A DNA stretch of 64,000 bases from Spirochaetota bacterium (lineage in GTDB: Bacteria > Spirochaetota > UBA4802 > JAFGJZ01): contig JAQIBV010000021.1 of assembly GCA_027858855.1 (NCBI GenBank), positions 2,816 to 66,815 on the forward strand, read 5' to 3'. The position numbers were made by a program, and so were the translations under genes. Below, piece by piece: positions 37,654 through 47,995 of the stretch. Within the stretch, counting starts at the first letter, position 1, and every line of letters begins with the position of its first letter. Under the pieces are notes generated by a model that had not been told where the DNA came from, searched no databases, and saw only the letters and a program-made list of their open reading frames with translations.

Positions 37654-38916
37654 CTATCCAAAAACCGGAAGCAGTAGCTCGGCCAGAACGCAGGGTTCAG
37701 GATCTTTTTTCAACATATCTTTGACATCCCGAATAATGTAAATGCCGCCATGCTTCTTAGCCACATAGTCAGCTACTGCAAGCCCTAGTCCAAAACCTAT
37801 TCGTTCAACTTTTGAAACAGTCTCGTCCGGTGGATGAATTCTGAAAAAGGGCTCTAAAACCAGTTTCTCATACTCCGGAGGAACACCACCATATGAATCA
37901 CCATCAATACTGTTTTTTACAGAAAACCAGAAGTATCCCTCGCGATATCTTGCAAAAATATTAATAATAGTGTTCTTTTTTGAATATTTATAGGCGTTAA
38001 CTAACATTTCCTCAACAACAAGCGAAATAGCCTTTTTATTATAGCGTAATTTTGCATCATCAGTTTGTTCAGGAAAAGTTATTTTCAAATTTTTCTCTTT
38101 CAAAAAGGGAATAACTCTTTTTGTCATTTTGGGAATTTCTGAAATAAATGTACTAATATTAAAATTTTCAAATTCAAAGTCCCGCTCCATAATACGCGTT
38201 GCAAAATTAAGCCCATCAATCTGTGCCCGGCAATAGTCATTATTTGTTATCATCATATCCAATACATCTCTATCAACGGAAACCTTTCCATCTTCGAGTT
38301 CTGCACTGGAAGCTTTCATGATGTCAATCAAGGTGATTAATGTACCAAAGCCCGCGCCCTGCGCCAGCGAGGTTTTTACGTTATAAACTGATTTAGATTC
38401 GGCAGTATCTCGCGAAGTTAGTCGCCTGTTTTCTTTATAGTTAAGCCAGTCAATCTGAGCCTTTATCTTTTCACCGGCATTCAACGATTGTTGATGCTCC
38501 TGGTCTTTAAGGTATTTATATTCAAGAGCCTTCAAAAGAACTTCCTGAAAAAGTTCAGGATCAATAGGTTTGATTATATAGTCATACACTCCCTTTTTCA
38601 TTAACTCAATAATTGTATCGGGCGTATCAAGTGCTGTCTGAATTATGATGACAGCACTTGAGTTTATTTTTTTCAGTTCTTTTACAAAGGTTCGTCCATC
38701 CATAATCGGCATCATGAGGTCAACTATGAAAACAGCGTAGCTCTTTGTTTCAAGCAAGGCAAGAGCTTCTTTTCCATTAGACGCCACATCGCACTGTACG
38801 TTCAGTTTCTTGCAAATACCTTGAAGTAGTACCTGGTTCTCTACCTTATCTTCCACTATAAGAATCGGTTCCGAAAATGTACCTGCCAAAGCTAACACCT
38901 GTTTTGGATTATTCAT
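37654..38916 (-). CDS. receiver (REC) domain protein with C-terminal histidine-kinase-like ATPase (HATPase_c) but no recognisable HisKA/H-box
   Basis: N-terminal ILIVEDK...VDLMMPIMDG receiver; C-terminal GFGLGLAVADYVAKKHGGIYI G2 box; 8-nt overlap with upstream hybrid kinase. Confidence 0.7.
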   Translation of the reverse strand: MNNPKQVLALAGTFSEPILIVEDKVENQVLLQGICKKLNVQCDVASNGKEALALLETKSYAVFIVDLMMPIMDGRTFVKELKKINSSAVIIIQTALDTPDTIIELMKKGVYDYIIKPIDPELFQEVLLKALEYKYLKDQEHQQSLNAGEKIKAQIDWLNYKENRRLTSRDTAESKSVYNVKTSLAQGAGFGTLITLIDIMKASSAELEDGKVSVDRDVLDMMITNNDYCRAQIDGLNFATRIMERDFEFENFNISTFISEIPKMTKRVIPFLKEKNLKITFPEQTDDAKLRYNKKAISLVVEEMLVNAYKYSKKNTIINIFARYREGYFWFSVKNSIDGDSYGGVPPEYEKLVLEPFFRIHPPDETVSKVERIGFGLGLAVADYVAKKHGGIYIIRDVKDMLKKDPEPCVLAELLLPVFG

Positions 38917-41296
38917 TGTTCTTCTCCATATATTTTATGCTTAGATCATTCATTATTTCAAGCAAATCCACAGGTATCAGATAAAAAAGATCATAACCCA
39001 TGCTAAGAAATATTTCTTTAAAATTCATATCCAGTGTACTTGATATAGCAATGACGGGTACGTTATTCATCTCTTTAATCAAAGCGACAAACTTCTGTTC
39101 GTTTCCAATATTTTCAGCAGTTTCAACTATAATTGCACCGATATCATCTTTCTTAAGAGCCTCTGCCGACACCGCGCTACGTTTTAAGATTGTATACTCC
39201 TGTCCATATGTCGTCATAAATTCGACACATATTGTTGTCTGTTTCTGAGAATCAAGAATGAAAAGAACTCTTTTTTTTCTAAGAATTTGCGGGTAATCAC
39301 TCTTCAAGTCAGAGAGGCTATCCTCATGCTTCTCGTTCTCGTACAACGGAAGAGAAAAAGTAAAAGTACTCCCCTTTCCGAGTTCACTTGAAACATAGAA
39401 ATGCCCTAAATGCGACTCAATTAAGGATTTGGATATAGCAAGTCCAAGACCGGTTCCCTCATTTCTTTTATTAAGGCTGTTATCAACCTGGTTAAATTTA
39501 TCAAAAATAGTCTTCTGTTTATCCTTATCTATTCCGCAACCATTATCGATGATATCGACATAGCAGGCTCTGTTGTTTGCGCGAATATTCACCGTTACAG
39601 TGCCACCAACATCCGTAAATTTAATTGCATTTGATAACAGATTCAGCATTACCTGCTGTATTCGTTTTTCATCCGCATAGACCGAAAGCGCTCGCTCAGT
39701 GATCTCCTGAGTCATACTCAGAGTAATCCCTTTATTCTCTGCCTGAACACTGACGATATCCATAGATACGGCACTTATCTGAATTATATCTGTTTTGTTT
39801 CGTTCGATTTTAAGCTTACCAGCTTCCATTTTTGAAAGGTTTAGTATATCGTTTATCATAGAGAGCAGATGTTCACCCGATGTTATTATATTAGTAAGAT
39901 ACTGCACAGAATCTTCGGGATCGATTCCCATTTTAAGTAACTTAGCAAAACCAATAATTGAATTAAGGGGTGTACGAAGCTCGTGACTCATATTGGCAAG
40001 GAATTCACTTTTAGATTTGCTGGCAGCCTCCGCATACTCCTTCATCTGCACCATCTGTTCAGCTATTAACCACCGAAGAGATATTTCATTTTCCAGATCC
40101 TTATTAACTGTTTTCAATTCGTCTGTACGTATCTCTACCAGATCTTCGAGATGATTCTTGTATTTTTCTATCTCTTCCTGAGCATGTTTCTTTTCAGAAA
40201 TGTCTGAAAGAATGATTACCGCTCCGGTGAAAAACCCTTTCTCGTTTACTATAGGATCAAACTTGCCCTCATACCAGCTTCCACCTATGCGCTGTTCGAA
40301 AATGCGCGTCTCCAATTCATTTCGTATCTGAATAAAGCAGTTAAAAATATAATCACCAGCAACATCAAACAGTGCACGTAACGGATAACCGACTATATCC
40401 TTATATTCCCGCTTCAACACTAGGGTAGCCTCATTATTACAACGAATGACTTCTCCCTCTTCATTTACAAGAAGAATGCTGTCGGTTAATGAGTCAAAAG
40501 TTACACGCCACTCCTCTGCGGCGTTACGTATAATTTCCTCTTTTTTCTTTCGCTCCGTAATATCGCGGATCGTGTATATGTTCCCAGTTATCTCTCCTTC
40601 ATCATCGAGAATTGTAGAGTTATTTATATCAACAGGCACTTCATTTCCAAATTTAGACTTAAGGATATAGTTTTGCAGCATAACAAGCAACGAATTTCGT
40701 GCAGTACGATCACAGGATATTTTTTTGCGGTTCTGATCGGCACTCTCTTTTATAAATATATCATTCTTGTGTTTACCAATTGCATCTACTGCATTCCAAC
40801 CTGTCATCTTCTCGGCAACATGGTTCATGAAGGTAATTGCTCCATCAATATCTACAGAAATTATCCCTTCACCAATTCCATGAAGCATTGCCGATAGCCA
40901 CTGCTCATTCTGACGCAACTTTAACTCTGTTTTGAATTTATATAAGGCCATTTCAAGTGTTGTAAAGATCTCTATATCTTTGACAGGCTTATTAATGTAC
41001 CCATAAGGCTCTGCTTTTTTTGCACGATTCAAGGTCTCTGGGTCGGCAGAGACTGTTAAAAAGATTATTGGTATTTCCAGTTTTTCTTTAATCGTTAAAG
41101 CGGCTTCGATGCCATCAATCTGTCCATCAAGATGAATATCCATCAAAACAAGATCCGGAAACTCGCGAGAACATACTTCAATTGCCTCTTCGCCACTACC
41201 GACAGAGTCTACAACGCTGTATCCATACTTCTGAACCGCGTTTTTTATATCCAGAGCTATGATTTTTTCATCTTCAACAATTAATATGCGTTTTAT
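38909..41296 (-). CDS. hybrid sensor histidine kinase (REC - PAS x2 - HisKA - HATPase - degenerate REC)
   Basis: H-box MSHELRTPLNSIIGF, G2 GTGLGLAISKS, PAS segments, N-terminal receiver KRILIVEDE...DLVLMDIHLDG. The receiver extends upstream of the ORF-track TTG (41146) to an in-frame TAA at 41333-41335 with no ATG/GTG/TTG; 5' end placed at AUA 41296, which has a GAGGG SD 6 nt upstream. Confidence 0.7.
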   Translation of the reverse strand: MKRILIVEDEKIIALDIKNAVQKYGYSVVDSVGSGEEAIEVCSREFPDLVLMDIHLDGQIDGIEAALTIKEKLEIPIIFLTVSADPETLNRAKKAEPYGYINKPVKDIEIFTTLEMALYKFKTELKLRQNEQWLSAMLHGIGEGIISVDIDGAITFMNHVAEKMTGWNAVDAIGKHKNDIFIKESADQNRKKISCDRTARNSLLVMLQNYILKSKFGNEVPVDINNSTILDDEGEITGNIYTIRDITERKKKEEIIRNAAEEWRVTFDSLTDSILLVNEEGEVIRCNNEATLVLKREYKDIVGYPLRALFDVAGDYIFNCFIQIRNELETRIFEQRIGGSWYEGKFDPIVNEKGFFTGAVIILSDISEKKHAQEEIEKYKNHLEDLVEIRTDELKTVNKDLENEISLRWLIAEQMVQMKEYAEAASKSKSEFLANMSHELRTPLNSIIGFAKLLKMGIDPEDSVQYLTNIITSGEHLLSMINDILNLSKMEAGKLKIERNKTDIIQISAVSMDIVSVQAENKGITLSMTQEITERALSVYADEKRIQQVMLNLLSNAIKFTDVGGTVTVNIRANNRACYVDIIDNGCGIDKDKQKTIFDKFNQVDNSLNKRNEGTGLGLAISKSLIESHLGHFYVSSELGKGSTFTFSLPLYENEKHEDSLSDLKSDYPQILRKKRVLFILDSQKQTTICVEFMTTYGQEYTILKRSAVSAEALKKDDIGAIIVETAENIGNEQKFVALIKEMNNVPVIAISSTLDMNFKEIFLSMGYDLFYLIPVDLLEIMNDLSIKYMEKNNE

Positions 41297-41679
41297 GTTA
41301 TTACCCTCATTGCCCGCTATTAAGACGGTAAATTACAGATTAAACTATTAGCTACCATCCGAAATTTAGAAAATTTTTTAAATTCTTTGGTAATTTTCGA
41401 AGTTCCCTATAGGCTAAAACCATCTATAATATATATACAGACAGTTGAATATGCCACTTATTGAGTCAAAATTTTGGGGGAGAATTAAAGAAAAATCATT
41501 CTATTCACTAGAATTAACTCTTTTTAACCAAAATAACAATTTACCTTGATTCAGGATTATCACATTTAGCAAATTCATCTATTTGGAAGAGAACGCTAAC
41601 GAAAAATTGTAATTGACGCTATACTACCTTTGCCATCGAATTATCGGAATCGACAAATTTTTATTAATAAGAAGAATAT

Positions 41680-42126
41680 ATGGATATCGCAAGAAACAAA
41701 AAAGCCAGGTTTCAGTATGATATTATTGAAACTTTTGAAGCAGGAATTGTATTAAAGGGCACAGAAGTAAAGTCTTTACGAAACGGTAAAGTAAACATAG
41801 GCGAGTCATACGGGAAAATCAGAAACGGTGAAGTTTTCATAATGCAGATGAACATCTCACCCTACGAGCAGGGTAACCGATTTAACCATGACCCAGCACA
41901 ACCACGAAAGCTTCTGCTTCATAAAAAAGAGATAAGCAAGCTGTACGGGAAAATTATGGAAAAGGGACTGACCCTTGTTCCACTAAAACTCTATTTTAAA
42001 AATGGAAAAGCAAAAGTAGAACTGGCGCTAGCTAAAGGAAAAACGCTCTACGACAAGCGACACTCTATCAAACAGAAACAGGATAAACGCGAGATGGAGC
42101 GCGCAATCAAAGAGCGCAATCGTTAA
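41680..42126 (+). CDS. smpB: SsrA-binding protein
   Basis: [34 protein letters not shown]... canonical SmpB. Confidence 0.92.
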   Translation: MDIARNKKARFQYDIIETFEAGIVLKGTEVKSLRNGKVNIGESYGKIRNGEVFIMQMNISPYEQGNRFNHDPAQPRKLLLHKKEISKLYGKIMEKGLTLVPLKLYFKNGKAKVELALAKGKTLYDKRHSIKQKQDKREMERAIKERNR

Positions 42127-42803
42127 TCATCAGCATAAAGAAATGAACCATCTTCACCATCTTTCATCTCCATCAGTACAAGAGGAACAATTTTAGTCTC
42201 AAGCTTGCCAATTGTAAGTGAAACGGGCTGCAACTGAATTCTCTGCTCTACAGGCTTACATTTTTGGTGTTCAAAAAAAAGAGTAAAACTGTGTTGCTGA
42301 GAAAAATCACTGTTTTCTTCCAATTTAGGCCAAAAATGATAATAGGATCCTGTACCCTTATTAGTGGAAAAGGGATTAGCCCAGCCATCAGAGACCATTT
42401 GAGCAGGCATTCCATTATATAGAAGAGTTATTGATACACCCGGAATTTTCGAAAAGGTCGTTTTCTCTACAACCTCCCCTAATAGATGGGGAAGAAAGAA
42501 GTTGGGGGTACCTTTCTGCAGATGAATATGTACCTGATTGCCTCCCCGACGCTCCTTAATAATTGACATTGCCTCATAAATAATCATGATAATGTCGCTT
42601 TTCTGCTGAAAAGCGAATTTGGCATCCAGCAATCCATGCAGAACGCCACGTTCACTGGTAACATATTTCGCTGGAAGCCTGTTCAACACATACGCACAAA
42701 TATCCTCAAAATATTCCTTTGTTTCATCAATCCGATTCTCTTTTTTCAGAACCTCGCTAACCAGTGATGATACGATCTCCTCCATTATGTTTATAATGTT
42801 CAT
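42123..42803 (-). CDS. ComFB-like domain protein with unknown C-terminal domain
   Basis: N-terminus [15 protein letters not shown]...[16 protein letters not shown] resembles ComFB family (B. subtilis ComFB ...DMITYALNRLPSRYV); GGGAGGA SD; 11 nt after lon. Confidence 0.5.
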   Translation of the reverse strand: MNIINIMEEIVSSLVSEVLKKENRIDETKEYFEDICAYVLNRLPAKYVTSERGVLHGLLDAKFAFQQKSDIIMIIYEAMSIIKERRGGNQVHIHLQKGTPNFFLPHLLGEVVEKTTFSKIPGVSITLLYNGMPAQMVSDGWANPFSTNKGTGSYYHFWPKLEENSDFSQQHSFTLFFEHQKCKPVEQRIQLQPVSLTIGKLETKIVPLVLMEMKDGEDGSFLYADD

Positions 42804-42814
42804 TGTTCCTCCCG

Positions 42815-45235
42815 CTACTTCTTTTTAGTCGGGAAAAGAATCTCAAGAACCTCAGAAATCTCGGAAACGGGGTAAAACTTCAGCCCTTTTTTAACATTAT
42901 CAGGGACCTCTTCCAGATTTTTTGTATTCAGAGATGGGTATATAATATTCTTAATCTTTGCTCTTTTTGCTGCAATTAACTTCTCTTTCAGGCCACCAAT
43001 AGGAAATACCTTACCCGAAAGAGTAAGCTCTCCGGTCATGGCGAAAGATTTTTTCGCAACAGACTTTGACACAAGAGAATAGATCGCAGAAGCCATGGTT
43101 ATACCAGCTGATGGTCCGTCTTTAGGCGTTGCTCCCGCCGGAACATGAAGATGTATCAAATGGCTTTCAAAGAATTTTGCAGTCTCTTCATCAGTGGAAA
43201 GATACTGACGAATAAAGCTATAAGCAATATTTGCTGATTCAGACATAACCTCGCCCAGCTGACCGGTAAGTTTAAGGCCACCGGTTTTTGTCTGTCGGAT
43301 AGCGATCGCCTCAATAACAAGTATAGCCCCGCCCATAGAGGTCCAGGCCAGGCCATTAACAAGTCCCGGGCGATCTATTATGAAGTTATCATCATCCACA
43401 AATCGTTCAGAACCAAGGTATTCACGAATCTGTTCCTCGTTTAGAGCTTCATCCGGAAGTTTCTGGTTTCGTACCTTAACAGAGGCGCTTTTGCGACATA
43501 TCTTTTCAACAACTCGCTCAAGATTACGAACTCCGGCCTCCCTTGCATATGACTGAATCAGAAACATAAATCCGCGTTTATCAAGCTTAACATCCTGTTT
43601 TTCTAAACCATGTTTCAACAACTGCTTAGGTAACAGATACCGCTTAGCAATTTCATACTTCTCTTCCGAGATGTAACCCGAAAGACGGATAATCTCCATA
43701 CGATCCAGAAGAACACGAGGAATTGTATCCAAAGAATTCGCTGTAGTAAGAAAAAAGACATCTGAAAGATCAAAAGGAACATCCAGATAGTGATCTCTGA
43801 AAGTTGAGTTCTGTTCAGGATCAAGAACCTCAAGGAGAGCCGATGCAGGATCACCGTGATAACTTTGACCCAGCTTATCAATCTCATCGAGCATAAAAAC
43901 AGGGTTCTTTGTTTTACAGATTTTCATCCCCTGCATTATTTTTCCCGGCATTGCTCCTACATAAGTTCGACGGTGCCCCTTAATTTCGGCCTCATCACGC
44001 ATACCACCAAGAGACATACGGAAAAATTTACGGTTAAGTGCACGAGCTATCGATTTTCCCAGAGAAGTTTTACCAACCCCCGGAGGGCCAACAAGACATA
44101 CAATTGAACCAGATGCATCAGGCTTAAGCTTACGTACGGCCAGAAACTCAAGTATCCGTTCCTTAACGTCATCCAAAGCAAAATGATCTTTATTCAATAT
44201 CTTTTCAGACCGGTCCAGATCCAAATTGTCTTCTGATTTCTCACTCCAAGGAAGAGCAAGCAGAGTCTCGAGATAATTTCGGGTTACAGTATATTCTGAA
44301 GAGTTCGGCTCCATCATTTTTAGTTTTTCAAGTTCTTCTTCGAGCTTTTCCAAAACCTCTTCTTCCACATCCAATTCGCTTATTGTAACTTCCATTTCAC
44401 TGATTTCACGGCTTCTTTCATCACCATCCAGACCCAGCTCCTGTTTAATTACCTTCAGCTGTTCACGTAAAAAGTATTCACGCTGCTGCTTATCAATTTT
44501 ATCGTTAATCTGATTCTGAATCTTTTTTTGTATCTCTACAACCTCAAGCTCTTTCTGCAACATATGAAGAACAAGACGCAACCGCTCCACAACATCAAGC
44601 GTTTCAAGAATTGTCTGATACTCCTCCTTTTCCAGATTAAGAATTGAAGAGACAAAATCAGCAATTTTTCCCGGTTCATCAACATTTACCATAGTCAGCT
44701 TCATCTCTTCTGTAAAAAGAGGGTTGTTTTCTGAGAGCTGTTTTAACTGACTGAGAACTGAACGCGTAAAAGCCTTCAATTCGTTTCGGCGCGATTTCGC
44801 AGGAAGCTTATCATCAAGATACTCAACATCTGCAATGAGAAAGGGCTTTTCCTGAATTATCTTGATAATACGGAACCTTTTCAGAGAATTAATCAGTACA
44901 TTTATTCCACCATCAGGCAGTTTTATTTTTTTTAGAATCTTTGCACCAGTACCAACCTGGTGAATATTATGTGGCTTGATATCATCAACTTCATCATCCC
45001 GTAAAAGAACAAGACCGATTGAACGGGTTGTATCAAGAACCTGATCGATTGCGTCGGAAAAACGGCCTTTTGAAATAATTAGGGGCGTAATAATTCCCGG
45101 GAAAATAGGACGATAACGGATTGGAATAATATGTATCTGTTTCGGCAATACATGATCAATTGAAACCAGATCATTTTCCAGACTGTCTGAGGGGATCGTA
45201 ATGTCTTCGCTGTTTCTATTGTTATCCTTACTCAT
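42815..45235 (-). CDS. lon: ATP-dependent protease La (Lon)
   Basis: LON N-domain, AAA+ GPPGVGKTSLGKSIA, protease PKDGPSAGITMASAIYS; ATG at 45235 with GAGGT SD preferred over upstream ATG 45304. Confidence 0.92.
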   Translation of the reverse strand: MSKDNNRNSEDITIPSDSLENDLVSIDHVLPKQIHIIPIRYRPIFPGIITPLIISKGRFSDAIDQVLDTTRSIGLVLLRDDEVDDIKPHNIHQVGTGAKILKKIKLPDGGINVLINSLKRFRIIKIIQEKPFLIADVEYLDDKLPAKSRRNELKAFTRSVLSQLKQLSENNPLFTEEMKLTMVNVDEPGKIADFVSSILNLEKEEYQTILETLDVVERLRLVLHMLQKELEVVEIQKKIQNQINDKIDKQQREYFLREQLKVIKQELGLDGDERSREISEMEVTISELDVEEEVLEKLEEELEKLKMMEPNSSEYTVTRNYLETLLALPWSEKSEDNLDLDRSEKILNKDHFALDDVKERILEFLAVRKLKPDASGSIVCLVGPPGVGKTSLGKSIARALNRKFFRMSLGGMRDEAEIKGHRRTYVGAMPGKIMQGMKICKTKNPVFMLDEIDKLGQSYHGDPASALLEVLDPEQNSTFRDHYLDVPFDLSDVFFLTTANSLDTIPRVLLDRMEIIRLSGYISEEKYEIAKRYLLPKQLLKHGLEKQDVKLDKRGFMFLIQSYAREAGVRNLERVVEKICRKSASVKVRNQKLPDEALNEEQIREYLGSERFVDDDNFIIDRPGLVNGLAWTSMGGAILVIEAIAIRQTKTGGLKLTGQLGEVMSESANIAYSFIRQYLSTDEETAKFFESHLIHLHVPAGATPKDGPSAGITMASAIYSLVSKSVAKKSFAMTGELTLSGKVFPIGGLKEKLIAAKRAKIKNIIYPSLNTKNLEEVPDNVKKGLKFYPVSEISEVLEILFPTKKK

Positions 45236-45352
45236 TATGACCTCTATATTATTTTTATAATTCTTTGTTATAAAGAACTGCTTAATTACTAATTGTTTAC
45301 TCAATAATTTTTTTTAGCTGGGACTTCGACTAAGGATTCCTGATTACTTCAA

Positions 45353-46891
45353 TTAAGGCTTATCGAGACTCCTGTCAGATTTATACCTATCAAAATCAAT
45401 TCCCAGTTTATTAATTTTATACGAAACGATTCTCTTTGTTGTTCCCAGCATCTCTGCAGCTTTTGAAATATTACCTTCTGTAATTTTAAGATAATCAATG
45501 ATTATCTCCTTTTCAAACTTATTCACCATGTTTTCAAACGTACTCTTCTCTTTTACATCTTCCGCCATCTGAAGAGTTGGAGGAAGATGGTAACTGCGAA
45601 TTACCCCCTCCTCTGCTAAAATGACCGCACGATGGATACAATTTTCCAGTTCACGGATGTTTCCAGGCCAATGATAGGCGACAAGTAGATCAATCGCCTC
45701 TGAAGAGATTCTTTTAATACCTTTACCCGTCTCTTCTGCAAATTTTTCAATAAAATGGTTAACTAGAGAAAGAATATCGGCCTTACGCTCACGAAGGGCA
45801 GGTACATTAATTGGAAAAACATTAAGACGGTAAAAAAGATCACTACGGAATTCATTGAGTTCTATCTTCTTTTCAAGATTCTGATGTGTTGCAGCAATTA
45901 TCCGCACATCAATCGGGATTGGTTGAACTCCACCAACTTTTTCTATCACGCGCTCCTGCAATACCCGCAACAATTTTACCTGTAATGGAAATGATAGATC
46001 TCCAATTTCATCCAGGAAGATAGTACCACCTTCCGCAGATTCAAAGCGTCCCTTTTTTGATTGAATCGCTCCTGTAAATGCTCCCTTTTCGTGACCAAAA
46101 AGCTCACTTTCTATTAATGACTCAGGTAAGGCCGCAACGTTTATTTTTACAAAGGGCTTATCATGTCGCAAACTATTCTTCTGTATGGCGTCTGCAATCA
46201 GCTCTTTACCGGTTCCACTTTCACCGGTTATGAGTACCGTCGTATTAGTCTCGCTGACCAGCACAATTTTCTCAAAAAGCTCGTGCATTAGTATCGAGTT
46301 TCCGATAATTTTAATATTTTTTACTTTATCACTCAATCGTGCAGTCAATCTTCTGTTTTCTTCAACAAGCTGACGCTCATTTTTTTTCAGTTCAATACGA
46401 CTACTGATATCATGCGCACTTAATATGGCAATTACCGAAAGCTGCTCGGCAACCGAATAGAGACTCGTCTCGTCCTCAACTGGCCTAATATCTGCTGAAA
46501 TGGTTCCGATTGTTTTTTCACGAATGCGAACAGGAACACAGACAAAAGCGCCATCCAAATCAGTCTTTGTAGTACGTGATCCTGTTTTATTAAGAAAATC
46601 TTCCGAGTCTCTGATCTTTGGAATTATAACCGGTAGACCATTATTAATTACCTTACCGATTATTCCCTCTCCTTTTTTATAAACCCCTCGCTCAATTTCC
46701 TCCCTGGAATATCCATGATAAATGTCGACCACAATCGCCTCAACATCATCAAGATAAATATGTACCATTAACCGGGAGATATTCAGCTTTTCAACTGCTA
46801 CATCAATTGCTTTTTTCAAAGCATCATCAAGACTACTTCCAGAGGTAAAGATTTCGCTGATAGAATAGAGATAATCAAGTCGTTGTTGCAT
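45353..46891 (-). CDS. sigma-54-dependent transcriptional activator with N-terminal GAF domain (Fis-type HTH)
   Basis: GAF region, Walker A GESGTGKE, GAFTGA sigma-54 contact motif, C-terminal HTH NISKAAEMLGTTKRIVSYKINKLGI. Confidence 0.9.
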   Translation of the reverse strand: MQQRLDYLYSISEIFTSGSSLDDALKKAIDVAVEKLNISRLMVHIYLDDVEAIVVDIYHGYSREEIERGVYKKGEGIIGKVINNGLPVIIPKIRDSEDFLNKTGSRTTKTDLDGAFVCVPVRIREKTIGTISADIRPVEDETSLYSVAEQLSVIAILSAHDISSRIELKKNERQLVEENRRLTARLSDKVKNIKIIGNSILMHELFEKIVLVSETNTTVLITGESGTGKELIADAIQKNSLRHDKPFVKINVAALPESLIESELFGHEKGAFTGAIQSKKGRFESAEGGTIFLDEIGDLSFPLQVKLLRVLQERVIEKVGGVQPIPIDVRIIAATHQNLEKKIELNEFRSDLFYRLNVFPINVPALRERKADILSLVNHFIEKFAEETGKGIKRISSEAIDLLVAYHWPGNIRELENCIHRAVILAEEGVIRSYHLPPTLQMAEDVKEKSTFENMVNKFEKEIIIDYLKITEGNISKAAEMLGTTKRIVSYKINKLGIDFDRYKSDRSLDKP

Positions 46892-46894
46892 TAG

Positions 46895-47791
46895 TCATGC
46901 CTTTAAAAGCTTTATTATTCGCCGCGATCCATCTTTTTTAAGATCAACGTTAACCGGTCGCTCAAGTTTTTTTCCCTGACTATTCGTTAATACAACAATT
47001 TCGGGATGAGTATCAGCAAAACCGGTAGTTTTAACAACAGCAGCAACCTCCATAGTGTCAAGCAAAACAAGCGCAGTTCGCCGGTATATAGGTCCGTCCA
47101 TAAGCATTGGCCCCATTAATAGAATAAAGTTGTTAACTGTTTTCGGATTAAATCTCTTCCCACCCTCTTTGCTAATTGTAAAAAAGGCATTACGTGGCTC
47201 TTCACCCGCTTTTTCATCAATACTGATAACCTGAAAACTATAAAAATTACAAATTGCTACAATATTTATACTTCGTGGAAAATCACGAGTGGTAAGCCCT
47301 TCCGGATATCCTCTACCATCAAAACGCTCATGATGATATTTTATAATATGTATAACTTCATCAGGAATAATTGCCTTTTTTGCCAACCAGTGAGTTATTA
47401 CCTCTGGGTGTTCAGAGAGAACAGTTCGCTCATACTCATTATCTCCCTCCTGTTTCCAAATCAGATTTTCTGGTGTATTAATTTTTCCCAAATCATGAAA
47501 CATTGCTCCCAATCCCAGCTCGCGAAGCTCTATTCCTTCAACACCAATGCGGTAGCCCATTATTAAAGAAAGAAGTAGAACATTAAGGGAGTGAATCACC
47601 AGATAATCTTTCGTCGATTCAGGTTCTACAAGATAGAGCATACCCTCCCGCTGGTGAGAAATCTCCTGTATCAGAGAATCGATATATCGCTCAGATGTCT
47701 CTACATCAAGATCCTTGCCGCTTTGAAGATCATCAAAAAGAGATCTGATTACAACAATACCTCGTTTTTTCAAAGCCTCGGAAACATTCAT
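46895..47791 (-). CDS. HD-GYP domain phosphodiesterase
   Basis: HD...HHERFDGRGYP signature; 3-nt gap to downstream EBP gene; GGGGG SD. Confidence 0.85.
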   Translation of the reverse strand: MNVSEALKKRGIVVIRSLFDDLQSGKDLDVETSERYIDSLIQEISHQREGMLYLVEPESTKDYLVIHSLNVLLLSLIMGYRIGVEGIELRELGLGAMFHDLGKINTPENLIWKQEGDNEYERTVLSEHPEVITHWLAKKAIIPDEVIHIIKYHHERFDGRGYPEGLTTRDFPRSINIVAICNFYSFQVISIDEKAGEEPRNAFFTISKEGGKRFNPKTVNNFILLMGPMLMDGPIYRRTALVLLDTMEVAAVVKTTGFADTHPEIVVLTNSQGKKLERPVNVDLKKDGSRRIIKLLKA

Positions 47792-47995
47792 AATCCCCCC
47801 AAAATATTAAGTATCTGTCTAAAAACTTCTACAATCGACAGATTATATGAAAGTTCTGATTTTGACTCTGTATCCGATTCAAAGTCAAACAAAAAAGCAT
47901 GCTATGTTTTTTTGATAAATGCTTTACTAATATTGGAAACTCAGTTGTTTAATAAAATGAAAATCTGTTAAATTTCTTAATTTAAAGAGGATTAT

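Noticed and set aside
41297-41679. tmRNA (ssrA) next to smpB
   Set aside because: No GGGG...tRNA-like acceptor/T-arm or resume-codon region; only AT-rich promoter-like sequence
42123-42803. PilZ domain in the C-terminal half of the ComFB-like protein
   Set aside because: RRGG.. and ..SDG.. segments do not fit the RxxxR / DxSxxG spacing
45236-45352. Sigma-54 promoter upstream of lon (given adjacent EBP)
   Set aside because: No GG-N10-GC (TGGCAC-N5-TTGC) match on the minus strand in this gap
47792-47995. Lysine (L-box) riboswitch upstream of aspartate kinase
   Set aside because: Leader is 204 nt but lacks the G-rich conserved L-box helices; only a 7-bp inverted repeat (tttgact...agtcaaa)
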